DNA from: Desulfomonilia bacterium
GTDB lineage: Bacteria > Desulfobacterota > Desulfomonilia > UBA1062
Reading direction: 5' to 3'
Assembly: GCA_963664325.2 (NCBI GenBank)
Contig: CAXXDQ010000004.1
Location: forward strand, 384,001-448,000
DNA: 64,000 bases
The notes below the pieces were generated by a model, which saw only the letters and a list, made by a program, of their open reading frames with translations, made no database searches and was not told the origin of the DNA. Numbering within the stretch: the stretch's first letter is position 1; every line of letters starts with the position of its first letter. Of the stretch, positions 1 through 8,521 are shown one piece after another. Both the position numbers and the translations under genes were made by a program.

Positions 1-1049
1 CCCATGGAGCCCGCCGGGATGGCGCTTATCGCCTCGTCCAGGACCACTTCGGGGGCCACGCCCCGTTTGTTCGCTTCAAGAGATTCTCTATAGGCGAACT
101 CCTGCTTGAACCAAGTGACCATCCAGAAACCGCGGTATATGAACATTTCCAAATCCCACATATTGGGGACGGCGGCGGGCCAGGTAAAATAATCCATTAT
201 CTTGTCCTGGGAATATTTCCCTACCATTACCTCCATGCAGGTGGCAGTGCCGTAGCTGATAACCCCTATGTCGGGAGTTATGCTGCCCGCACCAAGGGCT
301 TCGGACTGTTTGTCTCCCGCACCCACGATGACGGGAAGTCCCTCCGGAAGGCCTGTCTCCCTTGAAGCGGCGGCCGTGATATGGCCCAGGATTGTATCCG
401 GCGGGAATACATCCACCATATGCTCTTTCTCGAGGCCGAAAGCCTCGTAGATTACCCCCATGGTATGCCATGAAAGCTTCTTGTAATCCAAAGGCCACAG
501 GCCGGTTATCATGCCCACCGAATCCTTGAACTCGCCGGTGAGCTTTTTCACCAGCCATCCTGATATGGCCAAGAACTTATAGGTCTTTTTGTAAATCTCC
601 GGTTCGTTGAGTTTTATCCACAGGAATTTGGAATTCTTGCGCACGTATTTAATGAGCTCGGAAAGCCCGGCTATGCCGAATAAGGTTCTGGCCGTCATTG
701 AGAGCTGGGGCTGATTCTCAACCACGCGCTGGTCGAGCCATATTATTGCGGGGCGAAGGGCGTTGCCTTCCTTGTCGACAGGGACGCATGTCGTCCTTTG
801 CGTGGTTATCCCCAGGCCTGCAATCGCTTTGGGATCTATCTTTGAGTTCTCCATGACAGCCCTTGTCACCTTGCACAGGCATGACCAGTAGTCTTCGGTG
901 CGCTGTTCGGCCCATCCCGGATTGAGAGAAAAATAGGGTTCGTGCTGAGTCTGCGCCAAGGCAACTTCTTTACCGGTATGATCGAAAATTATCGCTCGAA
1001 CGCTCTGCGTACCCGAATCTACGGCAATAACATATTCCTTACCGGCCAT
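1..1049 (-). CDS. FGGY-family carbohydrate kinase (runs off the left edge)
   Basis: Not in the ORF track. Manual translation from ATG 1049 (SD AGGAGG upstream) gives MAGKEYVIAVDSGTQSVRAIIFD...PGWAEQ...GITTQR...PAIIWLDQR...GAGDKQ, all FGGY motifs, with no stop before the window edge. Confidence 0.9.
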   Translation of the reverse strand, partial: MAGKEYVIAVDSGTQSVRAIIFDHTGKEVALAQTQHEPYFSLNPGWAEQRTEDYWSCLCKVTRAVMENSKIDPKAIAGLGITTQRTTCVPVDKEGNALRPAIIWLDQRVVENQPQLSMTARTLFGIAGLSELIKYVRKNSKFLWIKLNEPEIYKKTYKFLAISGWLVKKLTGEFKDSVGMITGLWPLDYKKLSWHTMGVIYEAFGLEKEHMVDVFPPDTILGHITAAASRETGLPEGLPVIVGAGDKQSEALGAGSITPDIGVISYGTATCMEVMVGKYSQDKIMDYFTWPAAVPNMWDLEMFIYRGFWMVTWFKQEFAYRESLEANKRGVAPEVVLDEAISAIPAGSM

Positions 1050-1094
1050 ATAACCCTCCTCTCTTTTATTCGTTATAACTTTACATTAATTAGC

Positions 1095-2468
1095 TTACAT
1101 CTCTGGTTTCCATTTCGCATCACGGGCGATGTAATAGTCAAAAAACTTCTTTCTCTGCTCCCGGGCTTTTTCTATCATCTCTTTTTCGCTCATGTGGCCG
1201 GAGCTTATCAGCATGTCTTCGAGCTTTACAAGCGCCTGTTCGTATGGAGGGCAGCCGCCCAGAAATCTGTCGATACCTTTAAGCTGCATCTCGTTGCGCA
1301 TGTCCCGCAGGTCTCCTGCAGTGGCCAGTGCGCATTCGCCCAGGAAATATGTGTGCTCGAGGTCGGTGGCAAGTTCGCGCGGGACCTTGGGATCAACACC
1401 TACTATTATGGAGAATTTTTCAGGCACGCGGGAGAGCAGGCTTTCCACCATCATAGTCATGAGCCAGCATGAGGAACACGCACCTCCTATATAAAGGTCG
1501 ATGTTTGGGTAAAGTCCGGTAACAAGGCTTTCCAGCGGCTGTGTAAAATTTATGGGGAGAACGAACTTTTTCTTTACGCTCTCCACTCTTTCTCCCAAAA
1601 CTTCTATTAGGAAAGGATTCGCACATCCCAAACCGTCATGTTGAGCGATACGAGTGGTGCCTACTACAAACGGATTCTCTATCCCCATGCACATCGAGGC
1701 GACCGAATCCACTGCGACTGGATCATGCCCGGCCATGATGATGCCCATATCGATCGGGGTTCCGCCTTCGCCGGCTCCCATTCCCTCCATTGCGATCAGG
1801 CCGTCCAGTATTACCAGGTCGGGCAGGCGGATCTTGTTGATATCGACCATGTGCTGGTCCAGGTCGTCGCGATGAGAATAATACCGGCTCTTTTCATCCA
1901 GGAGCCCCTGGAGGTTTTTAAGTGAAAGCGTCACCATGGTCATAGTGTGCGTTTTGAGCGCAGGCATATTGATGAAATAGTCGGCCTCCAGCACAACCTT
2001 GGGAAACAGCGCGTGGTGAAGAGCCCTGCCTCCTTTAATTTCAACCGGTACTTTCTCCGCTTCCTCTACACCCAGGACCTCGCCTCCTGCATCCTCAACC
2101 GCCTTCTTCACGCCGAGCATCTGCATCACTTCGAGTGTTCTGTACCCGCGTCTCATACAAATGCCTGAATGAGCCGGATTGACGCGCTTCATCAGCGTGC
2201 CCATGCTCACGCCTTCGATCACTGTCACCCTGCCGGCTCCGGCCTCGCGGGCAATCGATACGGCTGAGGCGATAACCCGGCGGTCAACAGATATGGGGGG
2301 CGGATAGGGCGCAAAGAGGTTCGGCTTGATCACAACATGGCCGCCTTTCTTGATCTTTCCTGAAAGCCCTCCGATGAGGTCAATGGCCTTGCGCACCATG
2401 GCGTCTATGCCGTCGGCATCAACCGGCATTTCCTTTTTCACAATAGACACTTTTGATTTCTCACTCAT
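1095..2468 (-). CDS. DUF362-domain protein with C-terminal Cys motifs (putative Fe-S protein)
   Basis: VVIKPN, INMPALKTH and TLSLKNLQG DUF362 motifs; C-terminal CSSC / GEC / GCPP. Confidence 0.8.
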   Translation of the reverse strand: MSEKSKVSIVKKEMPVDADGIDAMVRKAIDLIGGLSGKIKKGGHVVIKPNLFAPYPPPISVDRRVIASAVSIAREAGAGRVTVIEGVSMGTLMKRVNPAHSGICMRRGYRTLEVMQMLGVKKAVEDAGGEVLGVEEAEKVPVEIKGGRALHHALFPKVVLEADYFINMPALKTHTMTMVTLSLKNLQGLLDEKSRYYSHRDDLDQHMVDINKIRLPDLVILDGLIAMEGMGAGEGGTPIDMGIIMAGHDPVAVDSVASMCMGIENPFVVGTTRIAQHDGLGCANPFLIEVLGERVESVKKKFVLPINFTQPLESLVTGLYPNIDLYIGGACSSCWLMTMMVESLLSRVPEKFSIIVGVDPKVPRELATDLEHTYFLGECALATAGDLRDMRNEMQLKGIDRFLGGCPPYEQALVKLEDMLISSGHMSEKEMIEKAREQRKKFFDYYIARDAKWKPEM

Positions 2469-2514
2469 TTATCACCCTCCGTTCATAAGACCGGATCAAA
2501 CAACCTGCCGGCTT

Positions 2515-3312
2515 TCATCGATTATTGTTCATCAGAGTATCGGCCAGTTCAGCAAAACCCAACCCGCCCTCTCCTGACGTCACGTATGAAGGCATATGCT
2601 TAAGAACAGGTAAAAATCTTTCGATATTGGCCACTCCTACGGAAAGAGGAAAGGCATCGAACATCGGTTCATCGTTGGGAGAATCCCCCGCGAAAACAAA
2701 GGTATTACGAGCCTCCTCCCAGGAAAGGCCTAACCTTTCCTCAATAAAAAGCTTCGTGGATGTAAGCTTGTTGTATTCTCCGAACCATCCATTGACATGA
2801 ATGGAACTGACCTTGCAGACTGCTCCATTTTCATTAAAAACTGAACAAATATCCCTGATTTCCTTATCAGACAGACGCGGCATGTCCTCTGCAAAATCTA
2901 TGGCCAGATCAAATAGTCTGAAAGGCTGGTCGGCGGCAACGGCTGCACGCGGAACTTTTTTCAGGACTTCAAGGCGGATGTTTTCCATCTGCATCCTTTT
3001 TTCATAAGCCACAGCAGGATTGAAAATATAACGCCTGATGAGTTTATGCTCTGTGTTCGAATAGTAATAATAAAAGGCGCCGTTTTCCCCTATTATCCCA
3101 TCAACCGGCCACATTCTTGCAATATGGTCGCACCAACCGGCAGGTCTTCCTGTTATCGGAACCAGTATGAACCCTTTGTCGTGAAGCCTCCACAACGCGG
3201 TAAAAGCCTCTTTGGGAATCTGTCCGTCAAGCGTAAATGTGTCATCGATATCGAACATGACACCCTTTATCGATTTGCGATCTTTTTCCGGAAGTTCTCT
3301 AATAGGTTTCAT
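2515..3312 (-). CDS. HAD-superfamily subfamily IIB hydrolase
   Basis: DIDDT motif I, ITGR motif II, GDSPND motif IV; start moved to MKPIRELP. Confidence 0.85.
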   Translation of the reverse strand: MKPIRELPEKDRKSIKGVMFDIDDTFTLDGQIPKEAFTALWRLHDKGFILVPITGRPAGWCDHIARMWPVDGIIGENGAFYYYYSNTEHKLIRRYIFNPAVAYEKRMQMENIRLEVLKKVPRAAVAADQPFRLFDLAIDFAEDMPRLSDKEIRDICSVFNENGAVCKVSSIHVNGWFGEYNKLTSTKLFIEERLGLSWEEARNTFVFAGDSPNDEPMFDAFPLSVGVANIERFLPVLKHMPSYVTSGEGGLGFAELADTLMNNNR

Positions 3313-3398
3313 GGTTTTTTCGTCCCGCTGCAATAGATTTTTAGCCAAGAGCTTCTCCTTAGGGATTTTCCTCCGACTCGATATTTATGGAATATGTT

Positions 3399-4217
3399 TT
3401 ATTGCTGTTCCTGCATGATCTGACCGAGCACGTCCCTGAATATAGATGCTATTTGAGGACCTGCCTTCTTTGCCATTGAGACTATATATTCCAGAGATGC
3501 GCCTTTATAGTCTTCAGGATCATTGACATTCGTTATTGCAGATATCCCCAGTACATCCAGTCCGCAATGGACAGCTTCAATAACTTCCATGACAGTTGAC
3601 ATACCGACTGCGTCTGCACCCAGTTTTTGAATCATACGTGTTTCAGCGGCAGTTTCCATTGAAGGGCCGAGGAGCTGGAGATAGATTCCCTCGTGCAATT
3701 TTATTCCGAGTTTTTTTGCGGAAATTCGCGCTTCATTCATAAGCTGGGGAGCATAGGGTCTGTTCATCTCGGGAAACCTCGGGCCAATTTCGTCATTATT
3801 GGGTCCGACAAGAGGATTCCTGCCAGTGAAATTTATATGATCCTTTATCATCATAACCGAACCCGGAGAAAGATCCGGCCTAAGGCCGCCCGCAGCATTG
3901 GAAACAAAAATCCTTTTTATGCCCATGAGCTTGAAAACACGTATAGGGAAAGTCACTTCAAGCGGCGTATACCCTTCAAAGAGATGGAACCTCCCGCTCA
4001 TTGCAACTACCGGCACATAGCCAAGCCTTCCGAATATCAGCCTGCCGGAATGATAAGGAGATGTGGATTTGGGGAACCCGGGAATATTTTTATAATCAAG
4101 GCTTTTGTCAATTGTTATGGCCTCTTCCATTACTCCAAGTCCGGTTCCGAGAATCATGGCTGTTTCCGGCCTTGAGTTGTCTGATAAAAAGGCCGCAGCC
4201 TTTTTTTCAGCCTCCAT
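3399..4217 (-). CDS. punA: Purine-nucleoside phosphorylase (trimeric family)
   Basis: ILGTGLG, GRFHLFEG, SNAAGG, GPSMET and DAVGMSTV motifs. Confidence 0.9.
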   Translation of the reverse strand: MEAEKKAAAFLSDNSRPETAMILGTGLGVMEEAITIDKSLDYKNIPGFPKSTSPYHSGRLIFGRLGYVPVVAMSGRFHLFEGYTPLEVTFPIRVFKLMGIKRIFVSNAAGGLRPDLSPGSVMMIKDHINFTGRNPLVGPNNDEIGPRFPEMNRPYAPQLMNEARISAKKLGIKLHEGIYLQLLGPSMETAAETRMIQKLGADAVGMSTVMEVIEAVHCGLDVLGISAITNVNDPEDYKGASLEYIVSMAKKAGPQIASIFRDVLGQIMQEQQ

Positions 4218-4401
4218 TTGCAGGTCTCCTGAGTGTAAGGTCTATGGCCTCGTCTATAAGCATGACCGGAATTTCATCTTCTATCTTGTATTTCAGCATA
4301 CAGGCATTGCATATCAATCCTGATTGATCGTTTTCAAGGACCAGCTTACCTTTGCACTTCGGACATGCAAGTATGTCTAGCAGTTCTTTGTCGACTGGCA
4401 T
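4207..4401 (-). CDS. Trm112-family (YcaR-like) small protein
   Basis: MPVDKELLDILACPKCKG...C..C...Y.IEDEIPVML; SD AAGGAGG before ATG 4401. Confidence 0.9.
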   Translation of the reverse strand: MPVDKELLDILACPKCKGKLVLENDQSGLICNACMLKYKIEDEIPVMLIDEAIDLTLRRPANGG

Positions 4402-4699
4402 GATTTTCCTCCTTAGCCTTTCTTCCAATTGCTATCAGGCATTCTCTTACCAGTTTTGCAGCGACAACGGAAGAGGTTCCGATTACATCTATCATAAGCT
4501 GGGCAAGTTCAAGTATATGAATTCCTGAAATCTCGAGGGCTTTTATCAACGGTATCAGGGGGTCGGTTATTGAACAAAGTGTCGATCTGAGCCATCAGAA
4601 TACTATTGTGGAAATTTTATCTCATAAAAATTCAAATTAGAAATGAATTATCTGGAAAAGAGGCAATAAATTTCTTATTATTGAAGCTGGAATTAATAA

Positions 4700-4731
4700 T
4701 TTCAAATGGTTATAACAGGCATGTACATTGC
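4700..4731 (+). promoter_or_regulatory. Sigma-54 (-24/-12) promoter with adjacent IHF-like site
   Basis: AGGCATGTACATTGC at 4717-4731 has exact GG-N10-GC spacing; TTTCAAATGGTTA (4700-4712) is one mismatch from the IHF consensus WATCAANNNNTTR. Confidence 0.65.
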
Positions 4732-4799
4732 TTATTTATTTTATGAATAAAACACTTTATTGCTAAGAGACTGTATAGAAAGTCCAGAAGGAGTTTAAA

Positions 4800-6206
4800 A
4801 TGAAACCAGTGAAACTGATTCACATTATTTTAATAATTTTCATGCTATTCCTTTACGCCTGTGGCGGTGGCGGAGGAGGCGGTGGTGGAGGGAGTGACAC
4901 CCCCCCCGGCGGTGGTGAAGTTAAGAAACAGTATTCACTTACTGTTACCCACGAAGGCGAAGGAAGTGTATCGGTATCCCCATATTCCCAGGGTTTAGTG
5001 TACGATGAAGGAACAACGGTTTCGCTTGAAGCTGCAGCATCTTCTTCCGAATGGTCTTTTGACCACTGGGAAGGGACTATTGAGTCTACAGACTCAAATA
5101 TTGATATATCCATGAATCAGAATTATTCATTGAAAGCGGTTTTTATAAAAGTTGCGCAATCCCTTACAAGAGAACAGATTGAGAATGCACTCTATGCGGT
5201 TTATGGAGGGATCGGTTATAATGACAGGGAGGATACGAATGACGATGCGCTAATGTACAAGCTGATGGTGGATAACCTAAACTCGATAGGAATTGAGCTG
5301 ATTACGACCACAATTTCCGGTGATCCAAATTTTGCAACTAAACTACTGAGTTTATTACTCTTCCCCAGCGTCACCTTTACCTCAACTACATCAGGTTATA
5401 CATCTTCTATTACAATTAACAGAGAACCATTAAATAGTGGATACTATCCATTTAACGCCACTCTGTCGGTAGCATTCAATAGTAACGGTTATTCCTATGG
5501 ATCAGGTGCGGGAATGATTTATGGCACTGGTCAAGTTTCTGATTTTACAGCAACCTTTACTGGTGATTTTAAATACACGAATGATAGCCTGACCTTAATT
5601 ATCAGATCAGTCAGAGTAACTGCCGGGAATGGCCTCGAAACAATTGAAGGCGGTGTAACAACTTCTTATAATAATTGGGAGCTGGCCTATGACATTAACT
5701 ATGGTTCGGATGATCCGATGGGCGGTTCTGGAACACCTACAAACCTGGCCCTTATTGTCTCTTTTAATACGATCTCAGGCGACAAGACTTATGCCGACTT
5801 CAGGGATTATAAAGTGGGGGGCTCATTCACGACCAACGACAAGGAGTTTACCTTTGCCGATGGTTTCAGGTATAAACAGGAGCAGTATAATTATATAAGA
5901 AACAATACAACTGTCACATATGTCATAATGAGTGCAAACGGCTGGGTAAGCGTTCCAGGCCTGGAGGGTAACATTTCAGTTTCTTCTTCGATTGACAAAA
6001 TCAACCCGGATACATCTGGCACAATTATAACACATGTTTTTGAAAACAATGCTTGGTCAAGTAACTGGCTGTCAGGAAACCTTTCATTCGCAACCTCAGA
6101 AGGGACTGCTTCCGCAGTTTTTGATGATGGTTCTGTAGCATTTACAAGCGGTGCCGATTCATGGGTAGTCCCTGACTGGCAAACCGCTCTTAATCCGTTG
6201 GAATAA
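4800..6206 (+). CDS. Surface lipoprotein of unknown function with poly-Gly linker and one InlB-B-repeat-like domain
   Basis: Lipobox LYAC followed by Gly10; YSLTV..EGEGSV...YDEGTTVSLEA...WSFDHWEG...M..N.SLKAVF matches the bacterial repeat pattern; S/T/G/N-rich remainder. Confidence 0.8.
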   Translation: MKPVKLIHIILIIFMLFLYACGGGGGGGGGGSDTPPGGGEVKKQYSLTVTHEGEGSVSVSPYSQGLVYDEGTTVSLEAAASSSEWSFDHWEGTIESTDSNIDISMNQNYSLKAVFIKVAQSLTREQIENALYAVYGGIGYNDREDTNDDALMYKLMVDNLNSIGIELITTTISGDPNFATKLLSLLLFPSVTFTSTTSGYTSSITINREPLNSGYYPFNATLSVAFNSNGYSYGSGAGMIYGTGQVSDFTATFTGDFKYTNDSLTLIIRSVRVTAGNGLETIEGGVTTSYNNWELAYDINYGSDDPMGGSGTPTNLALIVSFNTISGDKTYADFRDYKVGGSFTTNDKEFTFADGFRYKQEQYNYIRNNTTVTYVIMSANGWVSVPGLEGNISVSSSIDKINPDTSGTIITHVFENNAWSSNWLSGNLSFATSEGTASAVFDDGSVAFTSGADSWVVPDWQTALNPLE

Positions 6207-6231
6207 TTATACCAGAACATAATCATAACCC

Positions 6232-6264
6232 GAAAAGGCCACGATAAAAGTGGCCTTTTCTTTT
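6232..6264 (+). terminator. Intrinsic terminator
   Basis: GAAAAGGCCAC-gataaaa-GTGGCCTTTTC, 11-bp stem followed by TTTT. Confidence 0.8.
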
Positions 6265-6343
6265 ATTCTAGAAAATATGGCAAAGTTTTTTTTGTCATTT
6301 AACAGATTGACTCTTAAAGAAATCCCGTCATATAAAAATCCTT

Positions 6344-6661
6344 ATGGAAATTAATTTGACAGAAATCATGAAACAGGTGCAGAACATCCAATCACAGGTA
6401 AAAGACGTTCAGGACAAACTCTCACGGCTTACAGTCGCTTCAGAAAGCGGTGGCGGAATGGTGACGGTAACTGTAACCGGAAGACAGGAAATAAAGGATA
6501 TAAAATTGGACCCGATCTGTGTTGATCCGAGGGATATCCCCATGCTTGAAGCCCTTATTATTGCAGCCGTCAATCAGGGAATTAAAAAATCAAAAGAGCT
6601 CTCTTCCGAAGAAATGAAAAAGTTGACCGGTGGAATCCCTCTTCCCATTGACTTGAGCTGA
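6344..6661 (+). CDS. ybaB: YbaB/EbfC nucleoid-associated protein
   Basis: MKQVQ..Q, SGGGMVTVTVTG, D..MLEALIIAAVN; directly upstream of recR. Confidence 0.92.
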   Translation: MEINLTEIMKQVQNIQSQVKDVQDKLSRLTVASESGGGMVTVTVTGRQEIKDIKLDPICVDPRDIPMLEALIIAAVNQGIKKSKELSSEEMKKLTGGIPLPIDLS

Positions 6662-6664
6662 AAT

Positions 6665-7264
6665 ATGGACCCTTACCCTAAACCGCTTCGAAATCTTATA
6701 AGGGAATTGAAGAGGCTGCCTGGAATTGGAGAAAAATCAGCTACCCGGTTAGCCCTTTATATACTGGGCGATAAGAAGAGGCTTAGAGAAAGCCTTTCCG
6801 CAGCACTTGAAGATATTCGCCAGATTCAGCTGTGTTCCGTATGTTTTAACCTGACTGATAATGAAAGGTGCCCATTTTGTGCCAATCCTTCGCGAGACGC
6901 TTCTGTTATCTGTGTAGTTGAAGAGCCAGGGGATATACTTTCGCTTGAAACATCAGGAGAGTTCCGTGGAACATACCATGTCCTGCATGGACTTATTTCT
7001 CCAATGAACGGGGTTGGACCGGAAGATGTGCGTATCAAAGAGCTTATTGTAAGATTAACACCTGATATAAAAGAGGTGGTGACCGCTCTCAGTCCTTCTG
7101 TTGAGGGTGATGTAACCGCTCATTATATCTGCAAACAGATAACGTCTTCCGGCCGTGATATAAATGTTACCCGGCTTGCATCAGGAATCCCGATGGGAGG
7201 GGAGCTACGGTACATGGATCAGGTGACAATAGCGAGTGCTATTCGTTACAGAAGGGCTCTATAG
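6665..7264 (+). CDS. recR: Recombination mediator RecR
   Basis: LPGIGEKSA HhH, C4 zinc finger CSVC/CPFC, YHVLHG, TOPRIM region, RLASGIPMG. Confidence 0.96.
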   Translation: MDPYPKPLRNLIRELKRLPGIGEKSATRLALYILGDKKRLRESLSAALEDIRQIQLCSVCFNLTDNERCPFCANPSRDASVICVVEEPGDILSLETSGEFRGTYHVLHGLISPMNGVGPEDVRIKELIVRLTPDIKEVVTALSPSVEGDVTAHYICKQITSSGRDINVTRLASGIPMGGELRYMDQVTIASAIRYRRAL

Positions 7265-8518
7265 CTCAATTATTGAGGGCAGCTTCTGCTGTTCTTCGGC
7301 GTTACGCCCGAGTGTTACGAGTGTGATGTTCTCTGCCGTAAATATATCCCTGGCCAGTTCAATCAATTCTTGTTCGTTCACTGAATTTATATTTTCAATT
7401 ATTTCTTCTACCGGGATTTCTCTTTGATAGAACATTTCGTTCTTTGCAATAGAGGACATCCTGTGCTCTGTAATTTCCTGTGAAAGAAGAATGTGTCCTC
7501 TCATTTGAGCTTTTACTTCTTCTAGCTTAATTCCGCCGAAGTCTCCCCTTTTGAGTTTGCGCATCTGCTCAGAAAGCACTTCCAGTGTTTTTTCCATGTT
7601 ATCCGGAGTTGTTGCCGCATTGACTGCAAACACACCGCAATCCTCATATATATTCAAGTATGAGCAGATGGAATATACAAGTCCAAGCTTTTCCCTGATT
7701 TCCTGGAACAGCATGGAGCTCATGCTCCCGCCCAACATGGAATTCAGGACGGAATAGACCCAGCGTCGGCCTTCTTTAAGAGAAGGGCCCTTGACGCCCA
7801 GAGTAAAATGTATCTGCTCCAGATCCCTTTCGTACACTTTATGATTTAGCCCTCTGGGCTTGATGCCATCAGCAACGCTTTTCATAACATTCTTGACGGA
7901 TTCAAATTTGCTTCCCGTTATATCAAGCAGTCTTTCATGTTCGAGGTTTCCTGCCCCTGCAACAATAATTGAATCTGCATCATAACAGGCATTCATGTGA
8001 TCGAGCATGTCATTTCTAAAAATGGAATTTATCGAATCTGCAGTACCAAGAATAGGATTCCCAAGGGGTGTACCTTCAAATACCGCACTGGCAAACATGT
8101 CGGATACTAGATCTTCTGGAGAATCTTCAACCATATGAATCTCTTGGAGCACCACTTTTTTCTCTTTATCAATTTCTTGGGTATCCAGTTCGGAATTCAG
8201 AAAAATATCAAATAAAACCTCTGATGCCTTTTGAAGATGTTCATCAAGAACCTTGATATAATAAACCGTGTATTCCTTTCCGGTTGAGGCGTTCAGTATT
8301 CCGCCTAAAGCGTCAATCTCTTTTGCTATCTGTAATGCACTTCTTGTTCCTGTTCCTTTAAAGAGCATATGCTCAATAAAGTGAGCAATCCCCGGTTTTT
8401 TCACCGGGTCATGGCGGCTTCCGGTTTTTACCCAGACGCCAATGGAAACCGACCGAACCTGTGTAATGGGTTCGGTCAGGATTCTCACACCATTGGACAG
8501 GCGTGTCTTATGAGGCAT
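7259..8518 (-). CDS. M16 (pitrilysin-family) zinc peptidase
   Basis: HFIEH inverted zinc motif; IREKLGLVYS; usual position after pnp. Confidence 0.92.
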   Translation of the reverse strand: MPHKTRLSNGVRILTEPITQVRSVSIGVWVKTGSRHDPVKKPGIAHFIEHMLFKGTGTRSALQIAKEIDALGGILNASTGKEYTVYYIKVLDEHLQKASEVLFDIFLNSELDTQEIDKEKKVVLQEIHMVEDSPEDLVSDMFASAVFEGTPLGNPILGTADSINSIFRNDMLDHMNACYDADSIIVAGAGNLEHERLLDITGSKFESVKNVMKSVADGIKPRGLNHKVYERDLEQIHFTLGVKGPSLKEGRRWVYSVLNSMLGGSMSSMLFQEIREKLGLVYSICSYLNIYEDCGVFAVNAATTPDNMEKTLEVLSEQMRKLKRGDFGGIKLEEVKAQMRGHILLSQEITEHRMSSIAKNEMFYQREIPVEEIIENINSVNEQELIELARDIFTAENITLVTLGRNAEEQQKLPSIIEL

Positions 8519-8521
8519 GCT

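Noticed and set aside
88-1472. Short ORFs in the track (88-558, 268-450, 718-915, 942-1472)
   Set aside because: Shadow frames of the FGGY kinase and DUF362 genes
4346-4549. 67-aa minus-strand ORF
   Set aside because: No recognisable motif or SD, and it overlaps the Trm112 gene
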